From positions 91,822,001 through 91,886,000 of the forward strand of contig NC_043004.1 in NCBI RefSeq assembly GCF_006345805.1: a stretch of DNA of 64,000 bases, given 5' to 3'. Shown piece after piece: positions 1-11,852 of the stretch (the first letter of the stretch is position 1; each line of letters opens with the position of its first letter). Below the pieces are notes generated by a model. That model ran no database searches. It was not told the DNA's origin and saw nothing but the letters and a program-made list of their open reading frames with translations. Made by a program: the position numbers and the translations under genes. The stretch comes from Octopus sinensis (Eukaryota).

Positions 1-129
1 ATACAGTGCTCAGGTGCACCACAACTTGTCAAAAGTGCGTATAAAGCACATACAATAATGTAGAAATGTCTGAAAAGTGAACAGTGTATGAGTCAGATAC
101 ATGTTTGCGTGTGTATGGAGGGGAGAAAA

Positions 130-1030
130 TCAGGTGCAGTGTTGACGAATCTCAGGAAGCATGGAAGTTTTGAAGGATGCAGTGCTCCTACAACTAACAA
201 CTGATGCCGGCAGTTTGTTCCATGCTTCAGCAACTCTTAGCGTGAAAAAATGTTTCCGAAAGTCATGGGAGCTGTGCGGTTTTCTGACTTTGTAAACATG
301 TCCACGGGTGTTAGACAGATGGAGTTTGAAAAGGTACTCAGAGTTATTGTTTGTAAGATAGTTAATAATTTTATTGGTGTCTATCAAGTCAGCTGCCAGA
401 CGTCGGCGTTTCAATGTATCCATACCCAGGAAAGGAAGGCGTTCAGAATATGGCAAATGCCTGATGGAGGGTATTCTCTTGGTTGCACATCGCTGAACGG
501 CTTCCAGACGATTAATATCCTGGGCAAGATAGGGGTTCCAGACCGGTGATGCAAATTCCAGGTGAGGTCGCATCATAGCTATATAAAGCCGCAGATAGAT
601 AGCCGGAGAGCTGCTCGCAAAGGACTTGGTGAGTGATGCCAAGACACCCTCAGCCTTCTTGGCAATTTTAGCAATGCGTTTTGTTCAACTCAAATTGGTC
701 AACAATAACAACCAGGTCACGTTCACACGAAGACTTTTTGAGATTAGTGTTGTAGAGGGAGTAGGTAGACGCTGGGTTTTTCCTCCCAAAATGCATGATG
801 GTACATTTGTCCACAGCCAGCTTGAGTTGCCAGTCCATGATCCACTGCTGCATTGTGTCCAGGTCTGATTGCAATAGAGATCTATAGTGTACAGGATCTG
901 ACCTCTTTATTTCGAGGTACAGCTTGAAGTCATCTGCATATTTCAGCACTGTGACATTCTTTAAGTTGGCATCTATGTCATTAACATATGCAACAAATAA
1001 AAGGGGACCAAGAACAGATCCCTGTGGTAA
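130..1030 (-). mobile_element. 5'-truncated CR1/L2/Jockey-group LINE, RT C-terminal part (pseudogene)
   Basis: Minus strand reads PQGSVLGPLLF..YVND..LKYADD..K(F), then RPHLEFASPVWNPY and FFTLRVAEAWNKLP; broken across ORFs 668-949 and 130-642. Confidence 0.85.
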
Positions 1031-2148
1031 GGCAAATGGAAAAAAAACTACAGCAATAAAGATGAAACTGAAAACAACAACAAAAATGAGACCACAGAAT
1101 TAAAAAAAAAAATTTTACATGAACTTCTTCATTCAACACACATGCGTGTCTTATGTCAGAGGAGAGGTATTACCCCTGTTTTCAGGGCCACCAAAGTTGG
1201 TGCGTTAAGAGAGGAAGTTATCTTTAGTCAGAAGATCCGAATGAAAAGTTTAAAATTGTGTGAAATCCACTAAAAGCATTCCAGGGGCAGATGATGGTGT
1301 GAAACTAGGCAACGTATTAAATTTCTTTCGGTCTCTTGTTTTAAAGGTTTCGCAATAAGAATCTAGCTTCAGCTGTTTAGAATATGTACCATTTCATTGG
1401 ATTAATGTAGTCCTAGTTACACTGTGCATAAAAATGATTGGATCGACAGTATTACCACGAATGGAACGCCGTTGATCACACGTTAGTCCGACTGCGGTTG
1501 ATTTAAGATAACATCTAAAACCAAGTATTGTTGGTTAGTTGCCACGTTCACCACTCAGCCGCAAGCCACGCGAGACTATACTGGAGTTTCTAGGTGGTCG
1601 GTTGACCTGCTAAAAATAACAATGATTCCTTCATGAAATTATTGGAAAGCTGTGTTGGGTGGTGTAATCTTAAGCAGAAACCTAAGAAGAGACGATGATC
1701 GCAGCTGGACGGTATTTGATAACAGGTCTATTTGATCTTGATCTGTCCGTTATGAATAACAGCAAAAATTGTCTCCCTTGTATGTTGAAATTTATATCTG
1801 TTGATGTAAAACAATTTTGATATTAATAAATATAGAAGTCTGATGTTGTATTTCTTTGCATAACATTACAGGTAACTACGGCTGTAAACCAAGCAACCTG
1901 AATTCCCAAAATGAAACTTTCCAGAATCATACCATAAGCTTCATAAATACTGTTATCAGCTGCAATACTCTCAGCAATAAGATGAATCCGTGATCGGCGG
2001 GGTTCCCTGTTTGGCCCATATGGGGATCTCTCTTATCTGGAGGTTACATCTCATTTTTCTTTATGTTATTTTTCATGTTATCTCATTCATGATATTATAT
2101 AAATCTCGTTGTAAGTGTATCATCCGCCACTGTTATCACAAATAAAGA

Positions 2149-2187
<39 letters not shown>

Positions 2188-2203
2188 TATTATTACTATT
2201 ATT

Positions 2204-2435
2204 ATTGAGTGAGAGAGCAGTTCATGCCATCAAAGTGACACTGGGGTAAAATATACGAAGCCCAATATACCCATCATGACTACCTGTCTGATAAAGGTAC
2301 ACCAGGCACATGCATCACAACCATATGTGCGCGACATGGTGATTTCATATCAAGATAAACAGCACATGACCTTGCAGGTGGGGCCCAGTTAGAATTTTCT
2401 TCAGGTTGAGTAACCCATCCCGCTCAAACGGTCCC
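2204..2435 (-). mobile_element. 3' fragment of a non-LTR retroelement lying within a (TTA)n array
   Basis: About 230 bp of non-repetitive sequence ending CTCTCTCACTC(AAT)n on the minus strand, with (TTA)n on both sides. Confidence 0.4.
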
Positions 2436-2484
<49 letters not shown>

Positions 2485-2507
2485 GTCATCATCATCATCA
2501 TCATCAA

Positions 2508-2700
2508 GGCGGCGAGCTGGCAGAATCGTTAACGCGCCGGACGAAATGCTTAGCGGAATTTCGCCCGTCGCTACATTCTGAGTTCAAATTCCGCCGAGAT
2601 CGACATTACCTTTCCTCCTTTCGGGGTCGATAAAATATGTACCAGTTGAACACTATGGTCGATGCAATCGACTCATCTCCACCCACAAAACTGCTACACT
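2508..2700 (+). mobile_element. tRNA-derived SINE, family M (GGCGGCGAGCTGGCAGAATCG head)
   Basis: A-box/B-box-like head (GAGTTCAAATTCC) plus central CCTTTCGGGGTCGATAAA domain; near-identical copies elsewhere in the window. Confidence 0.85.
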
Positions 2701-3582
2701 TGTGGCAAAAATTTCAAATAATAATAATTATTATCATTAATATTATTATTACTGCTGTTGTTGTTGTTGTTGTTTGCGTCATTGTTATTGATTTGTTTTA
2801 TACGAGTTGCTGCAAGTCTCATCCAGTGACTTCAACAAACAGCAATTTAGACGCTTACTATGGATGCTATATTTCAAGAAAAGGAGACCAAATGCGGAGA
2901 AAATTCCATTAAAAATCTGTTGTTATGTTTGCTATTTTAAAAGATTTTAAAAGATTCAAATATTCTCAGGTTGAAAGTATTTTCTTGGGATATGCACTCT
3001 ACTCATGTGAACAATTTTTTGTAGCTATGATACTTTTACATTTCCGGGTATTTGATAATAGTGTTTCAGACAGCCGTTTGATATTCCCAAAACTCCGATT
3101 ATTACAGGTATAGTTGTCGCACTTGGATACCACATTTTAAAGACCCTATTTCAAGGTACTTTTATAAACTTTACTTTACAAGCGATTTTACAGAGATGTT
3201 GCAGTCTACTAGAATCTAAGGTTAAGCATGTTTTGTCAAAGTGATTTTTCTAACCCCAATATCTGGTCTATTGGCCTGAATAATTCGATCAGCTTAAATA
3301 TCTTTGCCGTTTCATGGCGTTGGTGTTGTGACAAGTTTAATTATGTTTCCCTATCGAACCATAACTCTTGTTTTAGGACGAGGAGCATTTTGTACCTTCT
3401 GTGTAAAAATATTTTTCAGCTGATATCTATTCTTAATTTGTATTAAGGAATTTCAGGATAAATTATTGCTGCACCTACTATAGATATTTTCTGCACTACC
3501 CTTATTCCCATATTAAGGGCAAATTTTCCGAAGTTTGCTCTCATATTGTCACTTTTCTCAAAGCCCAAGTGCTAGCTGGTGC

Positions 3583-3670
3583 ATTAGGTCGACGTTGCCC
3601 TTCATCCTTTCGGGATCGATAAAGTAAGTACCAGCTGAGCACTGGGGTTGATGTAATCGACTATCCTTCT
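3583..3670 (+). mobile_element. SINE family M internal fragment
   Basis: GTCGACGTTGCCCTTCATCCTTTCGGGATCGATAAAGTAAGTACCAG matches the family M central domain. Confidence 0.65.
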
Positions 3671-4437
3671 TCCCAAATTTCTTCCGTTGTAGATTTAATA
3701 GTCACATATCAACCTTGTTGTTTTGGCTCGAATATTGTTGTGTAGTGCCACGTAATAAAGTATAATGCTGTGTTTGTATTTCGATATTGTGTAACGTGGT
3801 ATTGGCGTCGTTTCCTTATTATGGATGCTAATTGGTTAACATGCAGTTGAGGAGCTTACAAAAGTTTGGAAGGAAATGGACTCGTAATGAACACAGTGAT
3901 ATCCGATCTGTTTCATATGAGCAATCTAACGATCACAATCAATGTAACTTGAAAACCGTATATATATTTTATATAAGATGAAAATAGTTATATTTATACT
4001 GGATTTGTGGAGCTGGTCTCGGGCACCAGACCACGCAGAGCACCCAAATTCCGTTTTTGAGATCAGCTCAGTGCCACTCTATTCCCCCGTTCCATCAGCC
4101 CAAATACCTGGGAGACAATCCCTAAGGACCATCCATAGTGGTGGTATTTCATCGTCAAGGGAACGGACTAGATGAAAAATAATAGACATCAAGAAACAGA
4201 GATCAAACGTCGAAGACACAGAGAGCAATTCGCATTTCATCGTCCACCGTCAACCCACCCCTGCGATATGTGCCTTTGGCTCTTCTATACCGCCTTTGGT
4301 CTCAACATCCACCTCAAGCATCGACACTCTTCGCTCAAATCAGGATGAAGAAGCTCAATCACTCGCTAAAGATTAACTATTCAGATACGTGTTAATGCCG
4401 ACGACAAAGAAGCAACTACATTGGAACGGTGTACCAC

Positions 4438-4438
4438 A

Positions 4439-4479
<41 letters not shown>

Positions 4480-4493
4480 CATTATTATTATTG

Positions 4494-4530
<37 letters not shown>
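4438..4530. repeat. (ATT/ATC)n microsatellite, tail of the adjacent RTE LINE
   Basis: Trinucleotide array directly abutting the 3' end of the minus-strand RTE fragment. Confidence 0.85.
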
Positions 4531-4539
4531 GGCCAGGTT

Positions 4540-5187
4540 CCAATCTGCAGCAACAAAAGCCACTCACCACATTTCTCGGTCCACCATCATTGCCTCGAGG
4601 TCCTGGATAGATTCCAGACCAGTATCTGCAAGTAAATTGCCGATGTATGTGTAACGACGTTTTCCTCTTCTTACACCACCATGAAGTGAGTTCTACAAGA
4701 CTAATTTGAATTCATCCAGTTCAGGGTGACGCACGCAGTGACCAGATAATCGCTGCCATCTTTGCCTGATCTTGTCACTAACTTTCGGCAGGTCTCCATA
4801 AAGACATTCGTTTGCCATATATTACTGCCATTTCACATTTAGGGCCATTTTTAGCATCCTTGTGTAACATCGCTTTAGCCCGTTTGGTAATTTCTTTGCT
4901 AGCGTCCATATTTCACAGCCATATAATAGTACTGATTCGACAGGTACAATGAACAGCTTGATTATGATTTGCCCCGACAATTTAGAGTTTGAGAGCTTCT
5001 TTAGTTTGTGAGAGGCTGTTCATACTTCTGCCTTCCTGATTTTGATGTCTGCTTTCGAACTACTCCCCCAACCACCTAAACACTTTGCAAATTTTGAAAT
5101 ACTTAAGGTAACACTTGAGAGGACTAGACATGAAGGTGTCTGTAGACGCGTAATGAGGTACTTCTGTTGATATAACATTAAGGGATT
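4540..5187 (-). mobile_element. RTE-clade LINE 3' fragment (degenerate RT C-terminus)
   Basis: Minus strand reads IYGCEIWTL..CYTRMLKMALNVKW..LYGDLPKVSDKIR..LSGHCVRH..RGKRRYTYI..DREMW, with stops. Confidence 0.75.
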
Positions 5188-5204
5188 TCATTAGTTCTCT
5201 TTTA

Positions 5205-5392
5205 TTTTACTTTATTGCCCACAGGGGGGGGGGTAAACACAGAGAGGACAAACAAGGACAGACAAACGGATTAAGTCGATTATATCGACTCCAGTGCATA
5301 ACTGGTACTTATTTAATTGATCCCGAAAGGACGAAAGGCAAAGTCGACCTCGGCGGGATTTGAACTCAGAACGTAGCGGCAGACGAAATACG
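5205..5392 (-). mobile_element. SINE family M, 3' part of a copy split by the Tx1 insertion
   Basis: Continues the 5' part at 10729-10791; the whole SINE is flanked by the 17-bp duplication TCATTAGTTCTCTTTTA (5188-5204 and 10792-10808). Confidence 0.92.
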
Positions 5393-5641
5393 AATTTCTT
5401 TATTGCCCACCGGGGGCCAAACATAGATATGGACAGTACAACTGATGGGATCAGTGAATCGATATGATTTTACATAAATGTGACATCAAAAATAAAATAC
5501 AATACATAAAAATCGAATGGAATACACAGTACAAAAACAATACAAATGAAGCGATGATCAAGTTACGCTCCGATCCCACAAGCCCCGATCTACCGCTGAT
5601 ACCTTTTTATTTTTCCTTTTTTTTTTTTTTTCCTCGTCTAT

Positions 5642-8600
5642 TCACACGGTTCCTTGCACGCACAACACTCGTGCAACATACTTCCATCTCTTTTGGAACG
5701 TACACTCTGACAGACACCTCTTCTCCAGCCACAGTTTCCTTTTCAAATGAAAAGAAAAAAAGGATCGTAAATTGTCACCAGAGATAAAGTTGCCTGTCTT
5801 AATTCCTTTTATCCTAGTATTCCATACAGCCTCTTTTGCTATTGCTACAACCGTGAGAAAACAATTCTTACCTTCGTTCGTTAGAACTCCCGGTGGGTCA
5901 ATTTTTATAATTGACTCAGTCGACAGCCGTACTCTTCCTTCGCCGGACAACAGATGTTCAGCATAAGCCCACATTTCAGTTATCTCCGGACACTGAACAA
6001 TAGCGTGAGGGACGGTTTCCCTGTCCCCACCGCATCTTGGACAGGTCGGCGACTGACGTTTACCATGTCTTGCGAGCTTATCCCAAACGGGCAAGGCACC
6101 TCTGTAGCATTGCCAGGTTAAGGACTTTTGGAAGTTGTCCAACGTTCTCAACCCGAATGTACGATGAAACAAGCTGTCCAGTTGAATAAATCCGAGACCT
6201 AGAGTCGACCCCAGGCCATCGTCGCATTCAGACTCTACCAACCCACTATATAAAATCCGCTGGCGTTGCCCGAGCGCCGGAACAGCAAGAGGGCCTTACG
6301 GCACTCTTTATGCCACTCACTCGACCTCGGTCTACGAGAACACCAGGCTTCCTGTTCGCAAAAACTCTTGAACTCAGGGAACATTTGTCTGGCCAGCGGA
6401 GACCACACCCGTTCACTATCCAGGAGAATCCAGAGGTGCCTCAACCTCAACGCATGTCTGCGCATCATTAACCAAGGCATCCCTAAACCTCCATTTAAAG
6501 GCTTTTGACAGCAGACAGAGCGTTTCACAAGTGGCGACCTGCCCTTCCACAAAAAGCGAAAGAGCTGTCTCTCCAACCTGATCAACCACGAATCCGGACA
6601 GGGCACGACAGTCAGGCGGTAGGTAATGACCGATGCGATAAACACATTGGCCACTTCCGCCCTCCCTTTCAGGGATAGCCACCGCCAAGACCAGGTCTTG
6701 ACTACTGCAGCCACCCTGCTCAATACCTCCGTCCAGTTCTTCTCTATCTGGAGGCCTGGTCCAAACCAGACTCCCAGCAACTTAACCGGTCCCTCCGTCC
6801 AGCGCCTAACAACACTGTCTGAAGGCATCGACTTGCCAACCCAGGTGCCGAGCTGCAAGCCGACCGACTTTTCCCGGTTAATCTTTGCTCCTGCTACCTC
6901 CTCGTAAGCCTCAATAGTCTTACCTACTTCACGTAGGCGTGCCACTGTGGTTACACTGATAGTGATATCATCCGCGAAAGCCGTAACAAACTCCTCTAGT
7001 CCTGGTTCTCTCGGGATGCCACTCAACCTTTGCAGTAATGGCTCGAGAGCCATCACATACAAAAGTGGTGAAAGCGGACATCCTTGAAGAACCGAGCGTC
7101 TGATGCAGAACGGCTTCGAAAGGAAACCGTTCACCCGAACTATCGAGTCAATGTTGTGGTACAAAGCGATAAACCACCTGAGGAAGCCAAGGCCCAGGCC
7201 AAACCGCGCAAGTACAGTCGCTAGGTATCGATGGTCAACCCTATCAAAAGCTTTAGACTGGTCCAAATGCACCAATGCCCCACCTTTGCCAGATTTATTA
7301 CCAAACCTCTCTATGGTATAGCGAATAAGATGGAGGGTATCCTGAATGGTTCTGCCTGGGATGGCACATGTCTGTGCCTCCCCGACTATACCATTCGCGA
7401 CACGCGCCAACCTTTTTGCTAGAACCTTGGCCAAAATCTTCACTTCTGCGTTTAACAGAGTGATGGGCCTGAAATTCTCTAGAACGTCCCCCTTGTCCGG
7501 GTCCTTTCTGACCAACGTCACTACTCCCCGGCGCACAGATCTGGGGATAAACCCATTCTGTTTCCAGTTCACGTACACGTCAGTCAGTAGTTGCCCGAAC
7601 AAGTCTGGCATACATTTATACAGCTCGTACGGAAGACCATCAAGTCCCGGTGACTTACCCGCTTTACAATCGGCCAAAGCCTCCATCACCTCCTCAAGTG
7701 TGATTGGCCCTTCGCAAGACTCCGCATCCGAGCCCGAGAGGCACGGCAGCCCGGTAAGAAAGTCCTCGAGGGCTCTCCCACCACCAGGACCGCCGTCACC
7801 CCGAACAGCTGGGCGAAGTACTCCCGAAAGACCTCACACATTTTCTCGGGTTCGTTTATCAAGACACCATTTTGATTCGTCAAAGACCGAATAGAGGAAC
7901 TATTTCCTTGCCGAGCTTCCACCACTCGGGCCCATCCAGCGGCTTTGATTCCTTCACTTCCCATTGCACGTAACTTAGCTCTGGTAATACTTCCCATGTG
8001 GTGGGCTTCAAGATGCTGGTTTAACTCCAGTCTTTTCACCCTCGCTTGGTCTGTATTACCAGTCCTCCAGGCTTCTTCTAGTTCCTTAACTAGACCATCT
8101 CCTATTTTACGTCCCTTCTTAGCTAAACTTATGCTAAACCTAATAGACTCATATTTGATGGCTCTTTTTAGGGCGTACCACCATTTGTTATTAATGATGG
8201 TACCTGTTAATGCCCTCTGTATTAACATCTTGATCCGCTTTCTGTACTCCTCAATCGCCAAAAGGGACGTATTGAGTTTCCAGTAGCCAGATCCCTGTCT
8301 ATGCAACTTATCTACCGTCAGTTTACAGGTAACCATCTTGTGGTCACTGTAGCTGACTAGAAAAAACTGTGGACACTCAACTATGGACTTATCTTTTTCT
8401 CTAATTAAAATCCTATCTAGATATGTTCTGGTAGACCTGTCACTATTTGACCACGTCCACTGTGGAGTGTTCGGGTGCTCCAACCTATATGGATCTGCTA
8501 GCTGAAATTGACTTAGCAGATCCCGAAAGCCTGTGTTACATTTTCTGTTCATGTTCGAGTTTGAGCCAACACAATCTGTGTGTGCTGCACATATTGTATT

Positions 8601-9026
8601 AGAGTCTCCTAACACTACTAGTGAATGCGACGTGGCTAGGAACTTTCCTAGGCCACGAAAATATTCAGTTTGCGGGCCAATAATGTTTGGTGCATAAATA
8701 GCGACCAGCCTGATTGTCTTGCCACAACTGAATGTCAAGTCGAGAACGACCAGCCTGCCTTCTGGGTCAGAAAAAACCAACTTTTTCTCGGCTACCCGGT
8801 TTCTTTTTAGTAGGACCAACACCCCACCCCCACCTCCCGCCCGACTCGGAGAAACGTATTTCTCGTAGCCGTTCAGGAGGGGGAGCAGATCTCTTGGCCC
8901 CTTCACCCGGGTTTCCGTTGCAACAATTACATCCAAATTTCTCGACCTGATGTCATTCAGAAAGCGTCCTTGCTTCCAGCTTGACAACAGGCCATGAACA
9001 TTTAAACAACCAATGTGAATAGCCAT
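5642..9026 (-). pseudogene. Tx1 ORF2: APE endonuclease + reverse transcriptase + CCHC zinc finger, two frameshifts
   Basis: MAIHIGCLNVHGL, YSDHK (APE); SPGLDGLP, FRPITLLN, LDQSKAFDRVDH, QGCPLSPLLY, AFADD (RT); CPRCGGDRETVPHAIVQC. Frameshifts near 7800 and 6250 join ORFs 7686-9029, 6235-7689 and 5642-6241. Confidence 0.93.
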
Positions 9027-9037
9027 CACTTACCTGT

Positions 9038-9385
9038 TTAATTAGGATTGTCCGGTGGAGGGGGACCCTTCACCTTTTTTTTATCCAGGGTCGGAGGTGG
9101 ACGGTCTTGGGAAATAGATTTGTCAAAATCCCGTCTCACCACCGACACAGAATTATCAGGTGGAGGGGGAATCTCCACCTTTTCCTTTTCTCGCGGGATC
9201 GGAGCTGGTAATCCATGAAATATCGACTTGTTAAAATCTAATCTCAATGAAGATACAGTCTTTCTGTACTTATTTTGTAGAATTCTATAAGTCTTATTTG
9301 AGACTTCATATATGTCGTAATTGATAAATTCCTCTGAAAGGTTATCAATTTTTTTTACAGTCTTTATGAGTTGAATGTCTCTCAT
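9038..9385 (-). CDS. Pro/Lys-rich ORF between ORF1 and ORF2, probably the frameshifted ORF1 C-terminus
   Basis: 115-aa ORF; its frame stays open upstream into the end of ORF1 (-1 frame); ends 12 nt before the ORF2 ATG. Confidence 0.5.
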   Translation of the reverse strand: MRDIQLIKTVKKIDNLSEEFINYDIYEVSNKTYRILQNKYRKTVSSLRLDFNKSIFHGLPAPIPREKEKVEIPPPPDNSVSVVRRDFDKSISQDRPPPTLDKKKVKGPPPPDNPN

Positions 9386-9414
9386 GAGCTCAGTATCTTT
9401 AGTGTATACGGCTA

Positions 9415-10566
9415 TTATGCCTTTTTCTTCTTTTCTCTTCTGGCAGTCTTTTTTGGTCGTTGTTCTGTAGTAGTCGCCGCTCTCGACTGGGTTGCTGGTT
9501 GTATTTTTCTTTTGTTTGTTGTTTTTTTCTCATCTGTTTCTTCTTTATCTTCTTCCTCTTTGTCTTTTTTCTCCTCTTCCTCCTCTTCTTCATTTTCCTT
9601 GCAGTTCCTTCGAATGTGGCCTAATTGACCACATAAAAAACATCGAGGTTTTCGGCCCTCAACAAACACCACGAGGTTCTCCTCCCCTACCTCAATTGTC
9701 TCAGGAATTGTTTGAATTATTTTAGGGTCCGCTTGAATGAGAAGATTAATTGTTTTACCATCCCAGCGTGGGTTTTCCGTAGCGGTAGCCTGGAGGAGAG
9801 TAATTTTTTCTACCTCTTTGATTAGGACTGCCGCCAACAACCACATAGGTTCGACCTCTGGCGGGACCCTTGTAATTTTTATTCGCGACGTCCTCATCCC
9901 CATATAATAGGGTATTAACTCCACGTCGTTCGTTTTCAACGTTTCCACTGAGTTCTTGTGTGCTATTTCTTTATTGGTGAACCTTACTTCCACCGTTCCG
10001 AATTTTTTTCCTCTTCTCAGAAATACTACGTCGCCCAATATTGGCTTTAAGCACTTTTCTATTTTCTCTTCTGACATTCTTTCAATTTTTCTATTTTGTA
10101 GACAATATGTTTTGAAAATTATTGTTTTTTGCTTTTCTTCCTGTAATAACTTTTGCGGAGGTTCAATTTTCACACTGTTGTCATTTATTTCCATCATTTT
10201 GCTGTATTTCATAATTTCGCTTTTATTCGTCGACAGTATCTGGGTTCCACCCCCAGCAGCCAACGCAAAACTTTTTTTTCCATTTTTTGGTTCTATCTGG
10301 ATGCTAGGCACATCAATTATTCTCTTCGACACAATGCCTTTGTTCTCTGGCAAAGTCGGAAACTCTTCTGGTGAAAGTTCTGACGAGCTCTCAGACACAT
10401 CTCCAAAAATATCAAATATATTATCCTTCTGCTATTCCTTCTTGTAGCGGGGGAAACCCCTATTTCCTTGTCTGTAGTTGGCTCCTCGCCGGACATGTAT
10501 TTCCTCCTCTCAACAGGAGAAACAAGTATTTCTGCTCCAACGGTAGGCTCCATGCTAGACGACATT
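9415..10566 (-). CDS. Tx1 ORF1 (gag-like, zinc knuckle), likely frameshift near 10430
   Basis: CFLCGQLGHIRRNC CCHC knuckle, preceded by an RRM-like region and followed by an acidic/basic low-complexity tract; upstream MSSSMEPT segment is in another frame. Confidence 0.8.
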
Positions 10567-10728
10567 CTTCCCCCCAAAGGGGGAATGAACAACGCGTGCT
10601 ACCACAAGCACTAAGTGTTTTCAATTGAAAACTCCAACAGTTAAGTTATTCAACAGTTTAACAAGAAACAACAGTTGTTAACAATATTAACACCACGAAA
10701 CAGCAATTCTTACTTCACGAACACATGT

Positions 10729-10791
10729 GCGGCAGACGAAATACGGCTACGCATTTCGCCCGGCGTGCTAACGATTCTGCCAGCTCGCCGC
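10729..10791 (-). mobile_element. SINE family M, 5' head of the split copy
   Basis: GCGGCGAGCTGGCAGAATCGTTAGCACGCCGGGCGAAATGCGTAGCCGTATTTCGTCTGCCGC, matching intact copies. Confidence 0.92.
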
Positions 10792-10879
10792 TCATTAGTT
10801 CTCTTTTAATGAAATTATGAAATGTCATCGTCTCTTTCAGGATATTTACTTACATTTTTAAGCTCCTAAACTGCACAAT

Positions 10880-11170
10880 GTGGAGGCACATGGCCTAGAG
10901 GTTAGAGCAGCGGACTCGCGGTCGAGGGATCGCGGTTCGAATTCTCAGACCGGGCGATGTTTACGTTCATGAGCGAAAGCACCTAAGCTCCACGCGGCTC
11001 CGCCAGGAGGTAATGGCGAACTTCTGCTGACAACTTTCTCTCACTCTTTCTTCCTGCATCTTGAAGTCCGCCTGCGACGGACTGGCGTCCCGTCCAGGTG
11101 GGGAACCTATACGCCAAGGAAACCGGGAGACCGTCCCTTATGAGCCAGGCGTGGCTCGAGAAGGAACAAA
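10880..11170 (+). mobile_element. tRNA(Arg)-like SINE, family R, tail type c
   Basis: GTGGAGGCACATGGCCTAGAGGTTAGAGCAGCGGACTCGCGG head; tail GGACTGGCGTCCCGTCCAGG..GGCTCGAGAAGGAAC. Confidence 0.8.
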
Positions 11171-11554
11171 CTGCACAATAACATATTTATACCTGCACAG
11201 TTGGATTATTTTCGCGTTGACAAGTTTGTCAGTTTGGTCAAGAATTTAATCGTATCAGTTATCGAATTGCCATGTCAAGAATATACCTTTGTATTAAACA
11301 TTGTTCTCGCTACATATATGTAAGTCATCAACGGTGACACCTTAAATCCCGAACAAAAAGCTCTATATTAAATCGAACGACACTACATGAGTGGTCTCCC
11401 GTAGGTAATAATTAAAAATGCAAAACAAGTTTGAAAAATCGCATAAGGGGGGAGATAACTATCGAGACTATAACTTACGTGAAAGCCATAGTAAGGGAAG
11501 TAACTGAGGTTATTATTAAACATTTGATTTACTATCTGATCGTAATGATGCATC

Positions 11555-11569
11555 CACACACACACACAC

Positions 11570-11617
<48 letters not shown>

Positions 11618-11722
11618 GCACACACACACAAACACACCCTGAAATATTCACATATATAAAACAGTCATCTATCAGTTTCCGTGTACGAAATCCACTCACA
11701 GGGCTTTAGTTGGCCTGAGGCT

Positions 11723-11803
<81 letters not shown>

Positions 11804-11836
11804 ATATATATATATATATCTCCATATATATATATA
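11555..11836. repeat. (CA)n and (TA)n microsatellites
   Basis: Direct inspection. Confidence 0.9.
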
Positions 11837-11852
11837 CAATTCTGACTCAGCA

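Larger units (their letters stand above)
5393..10728 (-). mobile_element. Full-length Tx1/L1-clade non-LTR retrotransposon (5336 bp)
   Basis: ORF1 with CCHC knuckle; ORF2 with APE, RT and C-terminal zinc finger; bounded by the 17-bp duplication GCGGCAGACGAAATACG (5376-5392 and 10729-10745). Confidence 0.95.

Noticed and set aside
7346-7894. Plus-strand ORFs antisense to the Tx1 element (also 6266, 6626, 7945, 9956 and 10371)
   Set aside because: Shadow frames of the coding strand, with no independent motifs.
10880-10960. tRNA-Arg gene (also the similar heads at 20441, 26720, 30364, 51180, 53803, 58168 and 63811)
   Set aside because: The acceptor stem does not close and each head continues into a conserved SINE body, so these are SINE heads.
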